DNA of 64,000 bases from Candidatus Thorarchaeota archaeon (GCA_011364985.1 RDOC01000002.1:1-64000), one strand, 5' to 3'. Shown: positions 39,894 to 50,124, counted from the stretch's first letter. Notes: generated from the sequence alone by a model not told the origin. Program-made: numbers and translations.

Positions 39894-40044
39894 AGTGGCA
39901 GCTTGCAGACCTGTCACGCGCTCGCGCAGCGAACATCTTCTGCAACGATCCTAGCATACGTCAGCCCGTGGAATGACTCCAGCAGCTTTTAACTTCCGAG
40001 TTCGGAATGGGATCGGGTGTGCCCTAGGACCTATGGCCGCCATC
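39894..40044 (-). rRNA. rrf: 5S rRNA with a 32-nt insertion (39957-39988)
   Basis: UGGCGGCCAUAG..ACCCGAUCCCAUUCCGAACUCGGAAGUUAA[insert]UGCUAGGAUCGUU..GCGAGC..AAGCUGCCA; helix I and helix II pairings intact. Confidence 0.95.
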
Positions 40045-40227
40045 GAAGTAGGAGAGACGCCGTGAGTTTTTAAAGATTACCTTAGGTTCATGAATCTTCT
40101 TTCCACCAATGATGGGAAGTTATGCCTTGATGGGAAAAGACGTTTGCAACCCTTTCGATATCCTCGGATATACTATTCAGTCAAAGCTTTACACGCTTGC
40201 GCTTAACCAAATCATTAGGAGAAGCAA

Positions 40228-41170
40228 TTATACCCAGCTTAATTGCATTCTCTCCTGTGGCCGTCCATCTCCAAGAAACAGAAACTCTTCCATACTTTCC
40301 ATGGTAGTGGACAGAAACAGGTCTAGCCAAGACATGCACTCCAATTCTCTTGAGAATTCTAATTTCTCTTTGATGAGATTGATCGGATTGAAGTAAACTG
40401 CATCATAGAGTGTCTTAGCCATTGATGCATTGGGGTCGTCTGTATCTTTTAGACAAATCATCTCTCCAAAAGGTAACTTCCAGCTCCCATCTTCTGTTTT
40501 ACCCGTTTTAATGAAGACAACCTCTCTACTGCCTACACTAGGGGTTCATGGTCATAGGTGGAAGATTTATCACCTGCATGTAATGCCATAGAATGTCAGC
40601 AAGAAGAACGCCATGGTTTGAAATGGCCATCTTCTGGTATTGTATCCTCAATAAATGCACAAAGAGCGGTCCAAGAAAAGCCTTCAGCGAATTCTGTTCG
40701 AAGTTCTGGATTCTGAATTGTTTTATCATCTACTTCCAAACCAAGATACTGAACTATTATATTGAAGACATTCGACAAATAAGAGGAGTATAATCTCTGT
40801 TTCTCATTCCATATTGGATTCAGGGGAACATACCCAAACTCCTGCAAACCAAGCTCAATTTTGACTATTCTCTCGATATTTGACTCATAATAGTCAATTC
40901 CCTTCTTGTTTTCTTGGATGTTTCCATCACATAGAATTGTAACCACAAGACGTGCAAGCGCAATCTCGGAATCTACGCCTTCTAGAAATTTCGGATTTTC
41001 AATCCTCCCTGTACCTATGGAATTGCTTGCGACTGTGAACACACGACCTTCCAATTGCGCAAGTAAGAGTCCTGTGAGACTGAGAAGAAATCGAAGGTTC
41101 GTTTTATGAATACGGTAGAGTTGCCCTTTATCATTGATGGCATCTAACCGTTCAAGATCATGATGCCAGA
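40228..41170 (-). pseudogene. degenerate LAGLIDADG-like endonuclease-domain gene
   Basis: ARLVVTILCDGNI and CAFIEDTIPEDGHF resemble two LAGLIDADG helices about 100 aa apart; reading frame broken into fragments. Confidence 0.5.
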
Positions 41171-41598
41171 ATAATACTTGGCTGTGAGTCAGAATCTGGC
41201 TGTGAACCCAGACTGTGAAATCATGGAGAATTATGTGGGAACAATGACAAAGCCTTGGCAGCCTAGAAATGCGAGGAATGGAAAACAGGGAGTCCGACTC
41301 TTGCTTATATGTACCATAATTTCGCTTATTGGCAAATATTTACAAATTGGGATGCTGTGGGAACACACGGGTTTCTGCCTTGTTAGGATCCTAATTGCCC
41401 GACTCCACTAGATTCCTTGATATGACCCTGAGAACCACCGAGAAGATTCCTTGGCGATATATGGGAGCTAGTATTTCTATCAAGAAGCGTCATCGGAAGG
41501 GAGTGTCAACAGCAGGATTGATATACAAGTCATTTGATTTAAGACAGGGCTGTAAGACTGCTGTGATTTCACGGAAAGAACTGAAATGAGGAAGGAGT

Positions 41599-42195
41599 AT
41601 GAGATCGGAAATAGAGGAAACTGTCGAATGGGCACGAAACGAAGCTAGATTGAACATTGAGCGGATCTTCCAAGGAACCGAGCTCTTGGAACCAGTACAA
41701 TCGATGTTCGACCGGATCAGATGGGACATCATTGGCGAGAAAATCGAGAATATTTTTCCCGGGAACTTCCCGGGATCCATGGAGGATTGGCAGCTCTGGG
41801 TTGCGAATACAATGGCCGCGGCACTTCCGGAGACACAATCAACACCACAGAGAATTGACCCTGTACACACGAGTCAACTTGGCAAGGACTTTCAGAAGAT
41901 GCTGGAGAATCTGAGAAAGGCTCGAAAGGACTTTCTGTTGCAAGAACAGGGGCATATGCGTAAGGGGCAGACTGGAAGTATGGAGCAGCTCGTAAAGCCG
42001 CTCGTGAATAGCTTTCAGCAACAATCATCAGGAGAGAAGCTCACTGGCGTAGCAGCAATTGTTACAACCGTGGGAGCTATGATTGCCGTAGGCGCCGCTA
42101 CTACCACTGCAGGCACAATAGCAGCAGGTGTTCTTGCAGTAGGTGGAGGACTTGCGTTGGCAGGATGGGCCCAAAAGCTGTTGCCAAAGAAATGA
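41599..42195 (+). CDS. hypothetical protein with C-terminal Gly/Ala-rich hydrophobic hairpin
   Basis: Strong SD (GGAAGGAG); 198 aa. Confidence 0.65.
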   Translation: MRSEIEETVEWARNEARLNIERIFQGTELLEPVQSMFDRIRWDIIGEKIENIFPGNFPGSMEDWQLWVANTMAAALPETQSTPQRIDPVHTSQLGKDFQKMLENLRKARKDFLLQEQGHMRKGQTGSMEQLVKPLVNSFQQQSSGEKLTGVAAIVTTVGAMIAVGAATTTAGTIAAGVLAVGGGLALAGWAQKLLPKK

Positions 42196-42886
42196 CCAGC
42201 CAATGTAATGTCACTTTTCGTCAGAAACGACCAATTTTGAGAGAAGGAGAAACTCTGAGTCCTCTTCTTTTTCTCTCCCCTTTTTGGGAGTACCATATTA
42301 GTGTGGAAACGGACTATCATACGGTAAAGGATCATGGCAACTCCGAAAAATTCAGAAACGGACTCCGTTACGAAACAGGCTTTCAGATACTTATCAGATC
42401 TGCTCCAAAGATTATGATGAATCCTTCGAGTATTCCAAGAATACGATCTCATCTAGGGGCGTATGAACAAGTATTTGGTTTTGACATTCCAAATCTTCAA
42501 GATGGATACTCCTTTTTCATCAATTCAGCAACCACTTACAAACTCGTCGCTTGCTGAACTAGAGATTCTGCATTATGAAGACAACGGAATGTGTTGGTTC
42601 GGACAATATGAGGAAGTCGGTTACATGAAATATGAAGAAATCAGCTTCTCCAAGGCTCAGGTCTGACTGGGATTTGGAGTGTCTGCGTCATTTATTCACT
42701 CATCTTCGAGTGTATGTTGGTAACACTGAAAGCGAGGGCCGTAAGCGATTTTGTGATGCTTTGAGCGTCTCATACCGCAAATAATCTGCAAGACGTAGGA
42801 ATGTTCACAGAAAACTCTGGGAGGCTTTATTTGGCAGTATCTGCAACTACCATAGAACGACTGTTCAAGTGATCGACTATGCGATC

Positions 42887-43747
42887 TTAGTTACTAGTCG
42901 AAGAGAATTTTGACCCCAAAAGATTGGATCGGACTCCGCCAATAGGAAGAGATACTTTGCCTTTTCTGTGGAGATATCCGAGAACAACCATAGTGGCAAG
43001 AAGACCTACAATAACGATCACCAGCATCGTATCAACAAGTTGGATGAGCGGTGCTGTTCCTTCACTTGTAACGGTGAGTACATCTGCGTCAGCAGTAAAT
43101 GTGACTGCTAAGGAGTAGTTGGATAACGTAGCCTGAGGAGCTAGCTCATTACTGTACTTCAGCAGCTCGATATCAACATCACCAACAATAATCTCAGTGC
43201 CATCATCCAATACAAAGCTCAATTCCCTAAAGACAAAAGTACCACCAAAATATGACATGTAACTTGAAACGGGATCTTCATCAATTCGCATTCCAGTAAA
43301 TACATGAGCCCCATCGGGAATGTAATCATTAATCATGAACATCGAGCTCGTATTGTATAAATCGTGAGCATAACCTGCGCTATCAGTCCACTTAGGATAA
43401 AAGGCCACATTATCTACTGCGATAAACTGCACAATGTTTCGACCAAGTGGAGTCTTCCCGTAGTAGAAACCAATATTGGCATACATTGTATGCCTTCGTC
43501 TTGGGACTTCGTTGATATCAGTGGGATAGCTATATTGAAGCCAATAAGATCCCCGGATGAAAAGGGCTTCAACTCCATCGGACAGTCTAAATGAGAAACG
43601 GTAGCCAAAATCATCGACCTTCTCTCTTGCATAAGAAGCGGCAAAACGGTTATTTTGCGGGTTGACTGCTTCAACATATGCAATGGGAAATACAGATACA
43701 AGGAGTGCAAGCAGAACGATTGTTGATTTGACTCTGACCGATTTCAT
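42887..43747 (-). CDS. secreted/surface protein with signal peptide and C-terminal TM anchor
   Basis: N-terminal K/R plus hydrophobic stretch and VEA cleavage-like site; C-terminal TM followed by basic residues. Confidence 0.7.
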   Translation of the reverse strand: MKSVRVKSTIVLLALLVSVFPIAYVEAVNPQNNRFAASYAREKVDDFGYRFSFRLSDGVEALFIRGSYWLQYSYPTDINEVPRRRHTMYANIGFYYGKTPLGRNIVQFIAVDNVAFYPKWTDSAGYAHDLYNTSSMFMINDYIPDGAHVFTGMRIDEDPVSSYMSYFGGTFVFRELSFVLDDGTEIIVGDVDIELLKYSNELAPQATLSNYSLAVTFTADADVLTVTSEGTAPLIQLVDTMLVIVIVGLLATMVVLGYLHRKGKVSLPIGGVRSNLLGSKFSSTSN

Positions 43748-43934
43748 TTCGACTTCATCTACTATATTGACTCATGTTTAGCCATTTTAGTAAAAGTGGT
43801 TGCTATAGAAGCAATTCCTTTCTTCAAGAATCTGTGTTCATTCTGATAGAAAAAAACCTTCTATCTCAGTACTAACTAGTAGACGAAAGCTTATTATCGG
43901 GACTTTGTGCACGCCCTCAAGCCTATTGCACAAC

Positions 43935-44070
43935 GGGGCGGTGGCCTAGTCCGGCATGGCGACGGGCTCCAGATCGGGGTTCACTTCGAACCTGAATTGT
44001 GGGGTCAGAACTGGCCGTCGTCGTAGAAGACACTCGTCGATCGTGGGTTCAAATCCCACTCGCCCCACCA
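43935..44070 (+). tRNA. tRNA-Trp(CCA) with 59-nt canonical intron (43973-44031)
   Basis: GGGGCGGUGGCCUAGUCCGGCAUGGCGACGGGCUCCAG|..|ACUCGUCGAUCGUGGGUUCAAAUCCCACUCGCCCCACCA. Confidence 0.93.
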
Positions 44071-44115
44071 CCTCACTACTATATTGCTCAATATTACACG
44101 GATTGATGTTTTGCC

Positions 44116-44808
44116 ATGAATAATCGCCAGATGTCGCTTCAAGGAATTGCAGGAATCGATGAAGCTGGACGAGGACCAGTGGTGGGCCCAATGGTGATTT
44201 GTGGAGTTCTATTCATGCCCGATATTGTCCCCGAGCTCCGTGTTCTAGGTGTCAGAGATTCCAAGACCCTTACTCCACAGAGTCGTGAGAAGATGGTCAT
44301 TCCAATAAAGAAACTGGCAAAGAGATTTGCATTGAGGACAGTTGATGCCCTAGAGATTGACCAGCTTAGGGCTCGTGGAATTACTTTGAATGAGATAGAG
44401 CTGCAATCATTTGTTTCGATAGCGAAAGAATTACAGCCAGCTGAGCTTTATCTTGATGCAGCTGATGTAATAGCGGAACGCTTTGGCAACCAAATTGGTC
44501 AGAGAAGCTTCCTTTCAGAAAAGGGATGCAGAATAGTATCCGAGCACAAGGCTGATTCCAAGTATGAAGTTGTTGCGGCTGCATCAATAATCGCAAAAGT
44601 GCAGCGAGATACCCTAATCGCACAATTGCACAGTAAACATGGAGACTTCGGTTCTGGATATCCTAACGACCCAAGAACAGTGGACTTTATTCGAAAGATT
44701 GCGAAAAGCGGTAGTGAATTGCCAGATATCATTCGAAAATCATGGGAATCTGTCAGTCGTATTATGGAAGAGAACAACTCCATTCAAACGAATCTAGATA
44801 CTTCTTGA
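44116..44808 (+). CDS. rnhB: ribonuclease HII
   Basis: GIDEAGRGPVVGP, DSK.L, EHKAD, AASIIAKV.RD, GSGYP.D. Confidence 0.96.
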   Translation: MNNRQMSLQGIAGIDEAGRGPVVGPMVICGVLFMPDIVPELRVLGVRDSKTLTPQSREKMVIPIKKLAKRFALRTVDALEIDQLRARGITLNEIELQSFVSIAKELQPAELYLDAADVIAERFGNQIGQRSFLSEKGCRIVSEHKADSKYEVVAAASIIAKVQRDTLIAQLHSKHGDFGSGYPNDPRTVDFIRKIAKSGSELPDIIRKSWESVSRIMEENNSIQTNLDTS

Positions 44809-44809
44809 G

Positions 44810-45802
44810 CTAGTGGTCCGAACGTTCCTCTATTATCTTTCTGAGTTCCTGTGGTTTTTCAATCTCGTCCAGCTCTAGCTGTCGTATAACAGGAAGAGCT
44901 GCAATACTCTCGTCAGCACTCCCTTCTTCAACGATGATTACTGCATCTGATTCTGTGACCTTTGAAACACTGCGTAGAATCTCAACGCGTTTTAGGGAAA
45001 GGAAACGAACAGGATCCTTTTCAGTTTGTGGACCACGCAAGGAACCTACAGTTGAAATTAGAGGTGGCCCCTCTTCCTTTGCAGCTACATGGAATGGTGC
45101 TCTATCAGTCCATATGATTTTCATGCCGAGCTTCTCGAAAAATTCATTGACACGCGTTTCTAGACTAGGCAGTTCTGTTGGCGTCTTCTGCTGGAATGAT
45201 TCTCTCTGTGAAAATGCTCCACCAAGTATGTCAACTGGAATGATTAGATCGGTTTCAAGAACTTGTTCAAGCTTTTCCGCAACATTCGAACTGATATCCA
45301 TCTCATTTCTTTCATATGCTAGTATCGCTCTCGCCGAAACGTGAATACAGCCTGCAAGTTCTTCCTTGCTCATCTCCCGAGATAGACGGATTTTCTTCAT
45401 TTTGGCACCATTAATAGAAACAAAGCGGCCGCCGCGTTGAACAAACTCATGTGGCATATTATTCTTTACGACCAGAGACTCAAAACTTGGAGCAGTGATT
45501 GTGGATACACCATGACGAGCATAGATGACACCTTGTTCCAGTTGTCCTCTTCTCGTCTTGGAGCCAATGATGAGTGGTACTGCATTGAAAAAGTGTGCCA
45601 CGAGTTGGAGGGCAAGCGCGTCTTCCTTCTGAAAACTGTCAACATTTGATAAAGCCTTGATGAGAACAAGCTGATCACCTTTCCTTGCAGCTATGTCAAA
45701 ACAGCTCGGTTTCACATCACAGGGCGAAGAAACATCGAACCCAGCTTCTTCTAGGTGAAATGTAACCTCATCGATTATCTGGGTTCGTCCCTTTGTCATC
45801 AT
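44810..45802 (-). CDS. archaeal HTH transcriptional regulator (COG1395-like)
   Basis: CFDIAAR, K.L.NVD, RGG.FV.I.G, central cro-type HTH. Confidence 0.85.
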   Translation of the reverse strand: MMTKGRTQIIDEVTFHLEEAGFDVSSPCDVKPSCFDIAARKGDQLVLIKALSNVDSFQKEDALALQLVAHFFNAVPLIIGSKTRRGQLEQGVIYARHGVSTITAPSFESLVVKNNMPHEFVQRGGRFVSINGAKMKKIRLSREMSKEELAGCIHVSARAILAYERNEMDISSNVAEKLEQVLETDLIIPVDILGGAFSQRESFQQKTPTELPSLETRVNEFFEKLGMKIIWTDRAPFHVAAKEEGPPLISTVGSLRGPQTEKDPVRFLSLKRVEILRSVSKVTESDAVIIVEEGSADESIAALPVIRQLELDEIEKPQELRKIIEERSDH

Positions 45803-45890
45803 TCTGACCTTATGCTTGCCTTATTTCGTTGGTTTTTAGACATTGCTGAATGTAGATTTTTGATTCCAATGTATTCTTAGACTGATTTGT

Positions 45891-46358
45891 CTATTTCTCT
45901 GCAACCACCGTAACAAAGCCTATGCAAGTTGCTGACGGAAATCTCCGTCTTAATTCTTGGACCTGTGGTCGCATTATCTGTTCTATAGGTTTCCAAGAAC
46001 TCATTTCTTCCCATGGTAGGTCAATATATCCTAGGATATGATGAACGAGAAAGAGATCGAATCTTCCTCCTGAGATTGTATAGATGCCAGAGCCGTAATC
46101 CATTCGCCTCAGAATAAGTATTGGAAGCTTAATCTCTTCATGAAGATGTGATGGAACCTCTTTTGCCAGATTCTGTATCTCTTCCTTCTTGATAATCGAT
46201 TCTTGGCCAGTTCTAGTAAAGTATTTTGGCGATTCCAGTAGGAGAAGCGATTTCAGAGTGTGCCTGACTGCTGGCATATGGTCATTAATCGATTCAATTT
46301 CCCTTTCCAGCATTCGGTCTATGCCTGAGGTCACATTATACCCTCCGTGACCCTGCAA
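45891..46358 (-). CDS. DUF61-family protein
   Basis: IN.HMP..R.TL..LL, IKLPIL, ELRR.FPS.T. Confidence 0.7.
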   Translation of the reverse strand: MQGHGGYNVTSGIDRMLEREIESINDHMPAVRHTLKSLLLLESPKYFTRTGQESIIKKEEIQNLAKEVPSHLHEEIKLPILILRRMDYGSGIYTISGGRFDLFLVHHILGYIDLPWEEMSSWKPIEQIMRPQVQELRRRFPSATCIGFVTVVAEK

Positions 46359-47029
46359 AGCACAAGATGATGGTCCTTCTCAAGCGGTGCGAGATCGAGA
46401 TTTTCTATTATCTCTAGACCATAATCACTAAGTAAGGAGATTTCTTGACCTATGATATCATCCACACTCGATGTGGAATCAATACTTCTGGCCTTGATCG
46501 CAATCATTCCCCATGCTCCAAAAGATGTGAATTTCTTAATGTTCTCGAAAAAAATTCTTGCTTGGTCTGGTTGAGATAGGTCCTGATAGACAACATCCAT
46601 GGGACTTCCAACTAGTGCAGCATACCTTGCTGGGTATCTTGCATCATCCACAATTGGCACTATGTTTGTCCTGCTTTCAGCCAATTGAATAAGGTCTCTT
46701 GCAGTTCTTGCGGAGAACTCAACGGCATAGATTACCCCTTTAGGCCCAACGATATCAGAACAGTGGCTAACAGTAGTGCCTGAGGCTGCGCCCAGATACA
46801 GAACTCTTGAGCCTAGCTGGATTGGCATCTGAGTGATTCCCTTTTGGATGGCAGCGCCGAGCTTGGACCGTCTCGGAGCCCAAGGACGATAATCGCCATC
46901 ATCAGAATGAACTACTTTCTCACCGTACACGCTTTGGTTAGGAATAAGGCTACGTGTAGCAATCGATGTTCGTCCCTTCTCGGCTATTGTGAAAATGCCA
47001 GAGAATTTGTGATTTTCGATTCTTGGCAT
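46331..47029 (-). CDS. flpA: fibrillarin-like rRNA/tRNA 2'-O-methyltransferase
   Basis: VYGE, RSKL.AAI, VLYLGAASGTTVSH, KARSID. Confidence 0.96.
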   Translation of the reverse strand: MPRIENHKFSGIFTIAEKGRTSIATRSLIPNQSVYGEKVVHSDDGDYRPWAPRRSKLGAAIQKGITQMPIQLGSRVLYLGAASGTTVSHCSDIVGPKGVIYAVEFSARTARDLIQLAESRTNIVPIVDDARYPARYAALVGSPMDVVYQDLSQPDQARIFFENIKKFTSFGAWGMIAIKARSIDSTSSVDDIIGQEISLLSDYGLEIIENLDLAPLEKDHHLVLCRVTEGIM

Positions 47030-48312
47030 TATTTTCTGCCTCCCTTCTTTCTCCCATGACTTCCTGACCGTTGTTTTGTTTGGTTTCGCTTGGGTCGTTT
47101 GAGCGGCTTCATGGGGGCTTTAGAAACCGGAGCCTCTGGATGTTGTCTTTTGATTTCTTCAACTCGCTCTAGGAATTTCTGGCGAAGAAAGTCTCCTATG
47201 TTCCTCTCTGAAAATGCATCAACACGAGCTGCAATTGAGATTCTCCCAGCCAGCGCCCTAGCAATCTTGCCACGGTGCCAATATGGAGCTGAGTGTATCT
47301 CCGGAACCTGATAGATTATGCCGTGTTTTGGAGGTGCAGCTCCTGTCTTAAGGCTCCTGAAAAGAGCCTTCTCTGCTCCAAGGATTTGCACAGTGCTCGA
47401 TGGTTTACGAGCAAGCTCTTCTAATGATCCGGCGAAACTTACGAGTCGTGCACCCACCAATGGACCGATGAGGGTGGTGATATTGGGTGCAACTTCATGC
47501 ATCATTTCCGAAATATACTCCTCAAGCTCCTTCCTCATTTGAAACAGGTCTTGCACATGTTCTGAAAGACTTCGGATGATCAAGAAGTCCTTTTCTTCTA
47601 ATGGTGCTCCAAGGTCTTTTCGAGAGGATTCCATGATGACTTGAAGTAGGTCGTAAGGAACTCCACCTAATTCAATGCACTCTTGAGTCAGGGATGTACT
47701 GCCACCGCAGTTCTTTACAATCCTAACATAGGTTTCATTATCTTCAACAAGCTGATCAAGGGACGGATGATGAAGAGAGTACCACTCCCGAAGTCGCATT
47801 GCTAGGACGTTGATTGACTTGTCAATCTCACCAATAGCATCGATTGCGTGTTTGATAAGAAGGTCCTTCTCCGCACTTGCCGAGGAGATTCTCTTTCGCG
47901 CAACTTCGATAGCAACAGACCGTCTAAAGGTGTAGACTTCTTGGAGGCTATCTAGCTTGCCAGTTTCCACCAAATAGGAGTCATGGTTGTCCCGAAACCA
48001 TTTTATGATGTCGGAGTCGGATTCCGTTGTGACCTGAATTTCTGTAAGCCTAGAGAGGGCCTTGTTTAGTGATGCATCCTCAACAACAACAATGTCAGGT
48101 TTGACAGACTCCAATTGACTGGCGACCTTCTGGAGCAATTCGGTCGATTCTCCCTCTGCAATAGCAACAGCTTCTCTGGCGGCCATCTCGATGCTTGGAT
48201 AGACTAGATGCTCTGCTATTACATTACTTTCTTTGTTCAAGAGTAGGAATCCGAAGCAAGTGAATAAGAGATGGACTGGCAAGTTTCTTTCCTCCAAAGG
48301 ACTGCATACCAA
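47029..48312 (-). CDS. nop5: C/D RNP protein Nop5 (Nop56/58)
   Basis: RLREWY..H, APN, PSSTVQILGAEKALF, PKHGII. Confidence 0.95.
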   Translation of the reverse strand: MVCSPLEERNLPVHLLFTCFGFLLLNKESNVIAEHLVYPSIEMAAREAVAIAEGESTELLQKVASQLESVKPDIVVVEDASLNKALSRLTEIQVTTESDSDIIKWFRDNHDSYLVETGKLDSLQEVYTFRRSVAIEVARKRISSASAEKDLLIKHAIDAIGEIDKSINVLAMRLREWYSLHHPSLDQLVEDNETYVRIVKNCGGSTSLTQECIELGGVPYDLLQVIMESSRKDLGAPLEEKDFLIIRSLSEHVQDLFQMRKELEEYISEMMHEVAPNITTLIGPLVGARLVSFAGSLEELARKPSSTVQILGAEKALFRSLKTGAAPPKHGIIYQVPEIHSAPYWHRGKIARALAGRISIAARVDAFSERNIGDFLRQKFLERVEEIKRQHPEAPVSKAPMKPLKRPKRNQTKQRSGSHGRKKGGRK

Positions 48313-48376
48313 ATCTGTTTGATTGTCGAATAAATCTGACTGTCGACCGTGATGTCAGTCGTACGGAAGAAGGCCG

Positions 48377-49297
48377 ATGCCATTGTGCTTATTACGGAAT
48401 AGCAAACTCACAGCCCAAGGTGTATCATTGAAAATAGAGGGATATTGGTTAGCATCGGGTATTTTAGGTGTGACAGCCTCGATTCTAAAGCGCATAGGAC
48501 ACGCTGGTGCCGACGCAGTGGTCACAAAGTCAATCGGGAAGGTTCCAAGAAAAGGACACCAAGGACCAGTGCTTACTACTTCGCATGGGGGATTACTCAA
48601 TGCCGTTGGTTTGACAAACCCTGGCATAGATGAATTTGCAGAAGAGATGAATTTGCTCACCTCCTCTGATGTGCCTGTAGTTTTGAGTATCTTTGGTTCG
48701 TCAATAGATGAAACAGTTGAAGTTGCATGCAAGGGGGCCAATTTGGGACCTGATGCAATAGAACTCAATCTATCATGTCCACATGCAGAAATCAGTCAGA
48801 TTTCTCATGACCCTTTACTTACTCATGACTACGTAGAGGCCGTAAAGAGCGTGGTCAATTGTCAGGTCTTTGCTAAGATCAGTCCAAATGTGTCAGATAT
48901 TGTCGCTATCGGCAAAGCAGCAGAAAAAGCTGGGGCAGATGCAGTTGTGGCGATCAATACATTGAAAGGAATGAAAATAGACATTCAGCAGAAACGGCCC
49001 GTTCTTGGGAATAAGATTGGAGGGCTCTCAGGCCCACCCATCTTCCCGATAGCAATTCGAGCCGTTTACGAACTGTACGAGTGTCTATCAATACCGATAA
49101 TTGGTGTTGGGGGAGTATCCTCTTGGGAGGATGCAGTAGAAATGCATCTTGCGGGAGCGAGTGCAATACAGATTGGCTCTGCCCTCCTTCAAGGAATGTC
49201 GGTCTTTAGGGAAATACGAGAAGGTGTTCAGCAGTACTTGAAGACTCAAGGATTCTCTCGTACTTCTGAGATAATTGGAATTGCAGGAGAAAAATGA
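48377..49297 (+). CDS. pyrD: dihydroorotate dehydrogenase, catalytic subunit
   Basis: VVTKS, NAVGL.NPG, ELNLSCPH, INT, GGLSG. Confidence 0.93.
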   Translation: MPLCLLRNSKLTAQGVSLKIEGYWLASGILGVTASILKRIGHAGADAVVTKSIGKVPRKGHQGPVLTTSHGGLLNAVGLTNPGIDEFAEEMNLLTSSDVPVVLSIFGSSIDETVEVACKGANLGPDAIELNLSCPHAEISQISHDPLLTHDYVEAVKSVVNCQVFAKISPNVSDIVAIGKAAEKAGADAVVAINTLKGMKIDIQQKRPVLGNKIGGLSGPPIFPIAIRAVYELYECLSIPIIGVGGVSSWEDAVEMHLAGASAIQIGSALLQGMSVFREIREGVQQYLKTQGFSRTSEIIGIAGEK

Positions 49298-50124
49298 CAG
49301 TGAATCTTGGTGACCTAGTGCAGCAAATTGGGTCTGTTGAAATCACAAGGGTAGTAGAAGAGAACTTGCTGGTTCGTACGCTCTATTTTGAACTGCAGAG
49401 CCCCGAGATTGATATTCGACCAGGCCAATTCCTTATGGTGTGGATACCAGGAGTAGACGAGATTCCAATGAGTGTGTCTTCTTGGAACAAACCTGAAGCC
49501 GGGATAACTGTTCTTCCAGTTGGGGAAGCAACGAAATCAATGACCAGATTGAAAAAGGGAGATTCTGTTGGAATTCGTGGGCCATTCGGAACTAGCTTCC
49601 AGCCATCATATAGAAAACAACTTGTTGTTGGAGGAGGCATAGGAATAGCACCTCTAAGGTTTCTAGTCAGAACGCTAGTTGGACGTAGCTCAGAAGTCAC
49701 ACTCATAGCTGCGGCTAGGTCTGCCAGTAATCTCATATTCTTAGATGAGTTGAAGGGTATATCCAACCAAAAATTCCAACTCATCATATCTACTGATGAC
49801 GGAACAGCTGGATTCAATGGATTGGCAACTGATGTAGCTAAGGAGCTGTTATCTGAGCAGCAGTTTGGTGGAATATGCACCTGTGGCCCAGAACCGATGA
49901 TGGCAAAACTGTTTGGGTTGGCACAATCAACAAAAATAGAGTTTCAAGCTTCCCTTGAGAGATTTATGAAGTGTGGTTGCGGTCTTTGTGGGACCTGCTC
50001 ATTGGACCCCAATGGTGATCTAGTCTGTATTGATGGTCCTGTCTTTACAGGAAACCAGCTTGCCAAAATAGATGAATTTGGACGGTATCAAAGAAATGCT
50101 ATGGGAATTAAAATGAAGTTTTGA
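49294..50124 (+). CDS. pyrK: dihydroorotate dehydrogenase electron-transfer subunit
   Basis: PGQF.MVW, RGPFG, GGGIGIAP, CGP, MKCGCGLCGTC, C.DGPVF. Confidence 0.93.
   Translation: MTVNLGDLVQQIGSVEITRVVEENLLVRTLYFELQSPEIDIRPGQFLMVWIPGVDEIPMSVSSWNKPEAGITVLPVGEATKSMTRLKKGDSVGIRGPFGTSFQPSYRKQLVVGGGIGIAPLRFLVRTLVGRSSEVTLIAAARSASNLIFLDELKGISNQKFQLIISTDDGTAGFNGLATDVAKELLSEQQFGGICTCGPEPMMAKLFGLAQSTKIEFQASLERFMKCGCGLCGTCSLDPNGDLVCIDGPVFTGNQLAKIDEFGRYQRNAMGIKMKF

Noticed and set aside
43973-44031. Box C/D guide RNA within the tRNA-Trp intron, as in some Euryarchaeota
   Set aside because: TGGGGTC could pair with the anticodon arm and CTGA/CAGA are present, but there is no recognisable box C, and the intron folds as two simple hairpins.
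44990-45050. In-frame mRNA mini-intron explaining an apparent ~10-aa insertion in the HTH regulator
   Set aside because: No BHB geometry or GTCAT-type hairpin could be drawn.
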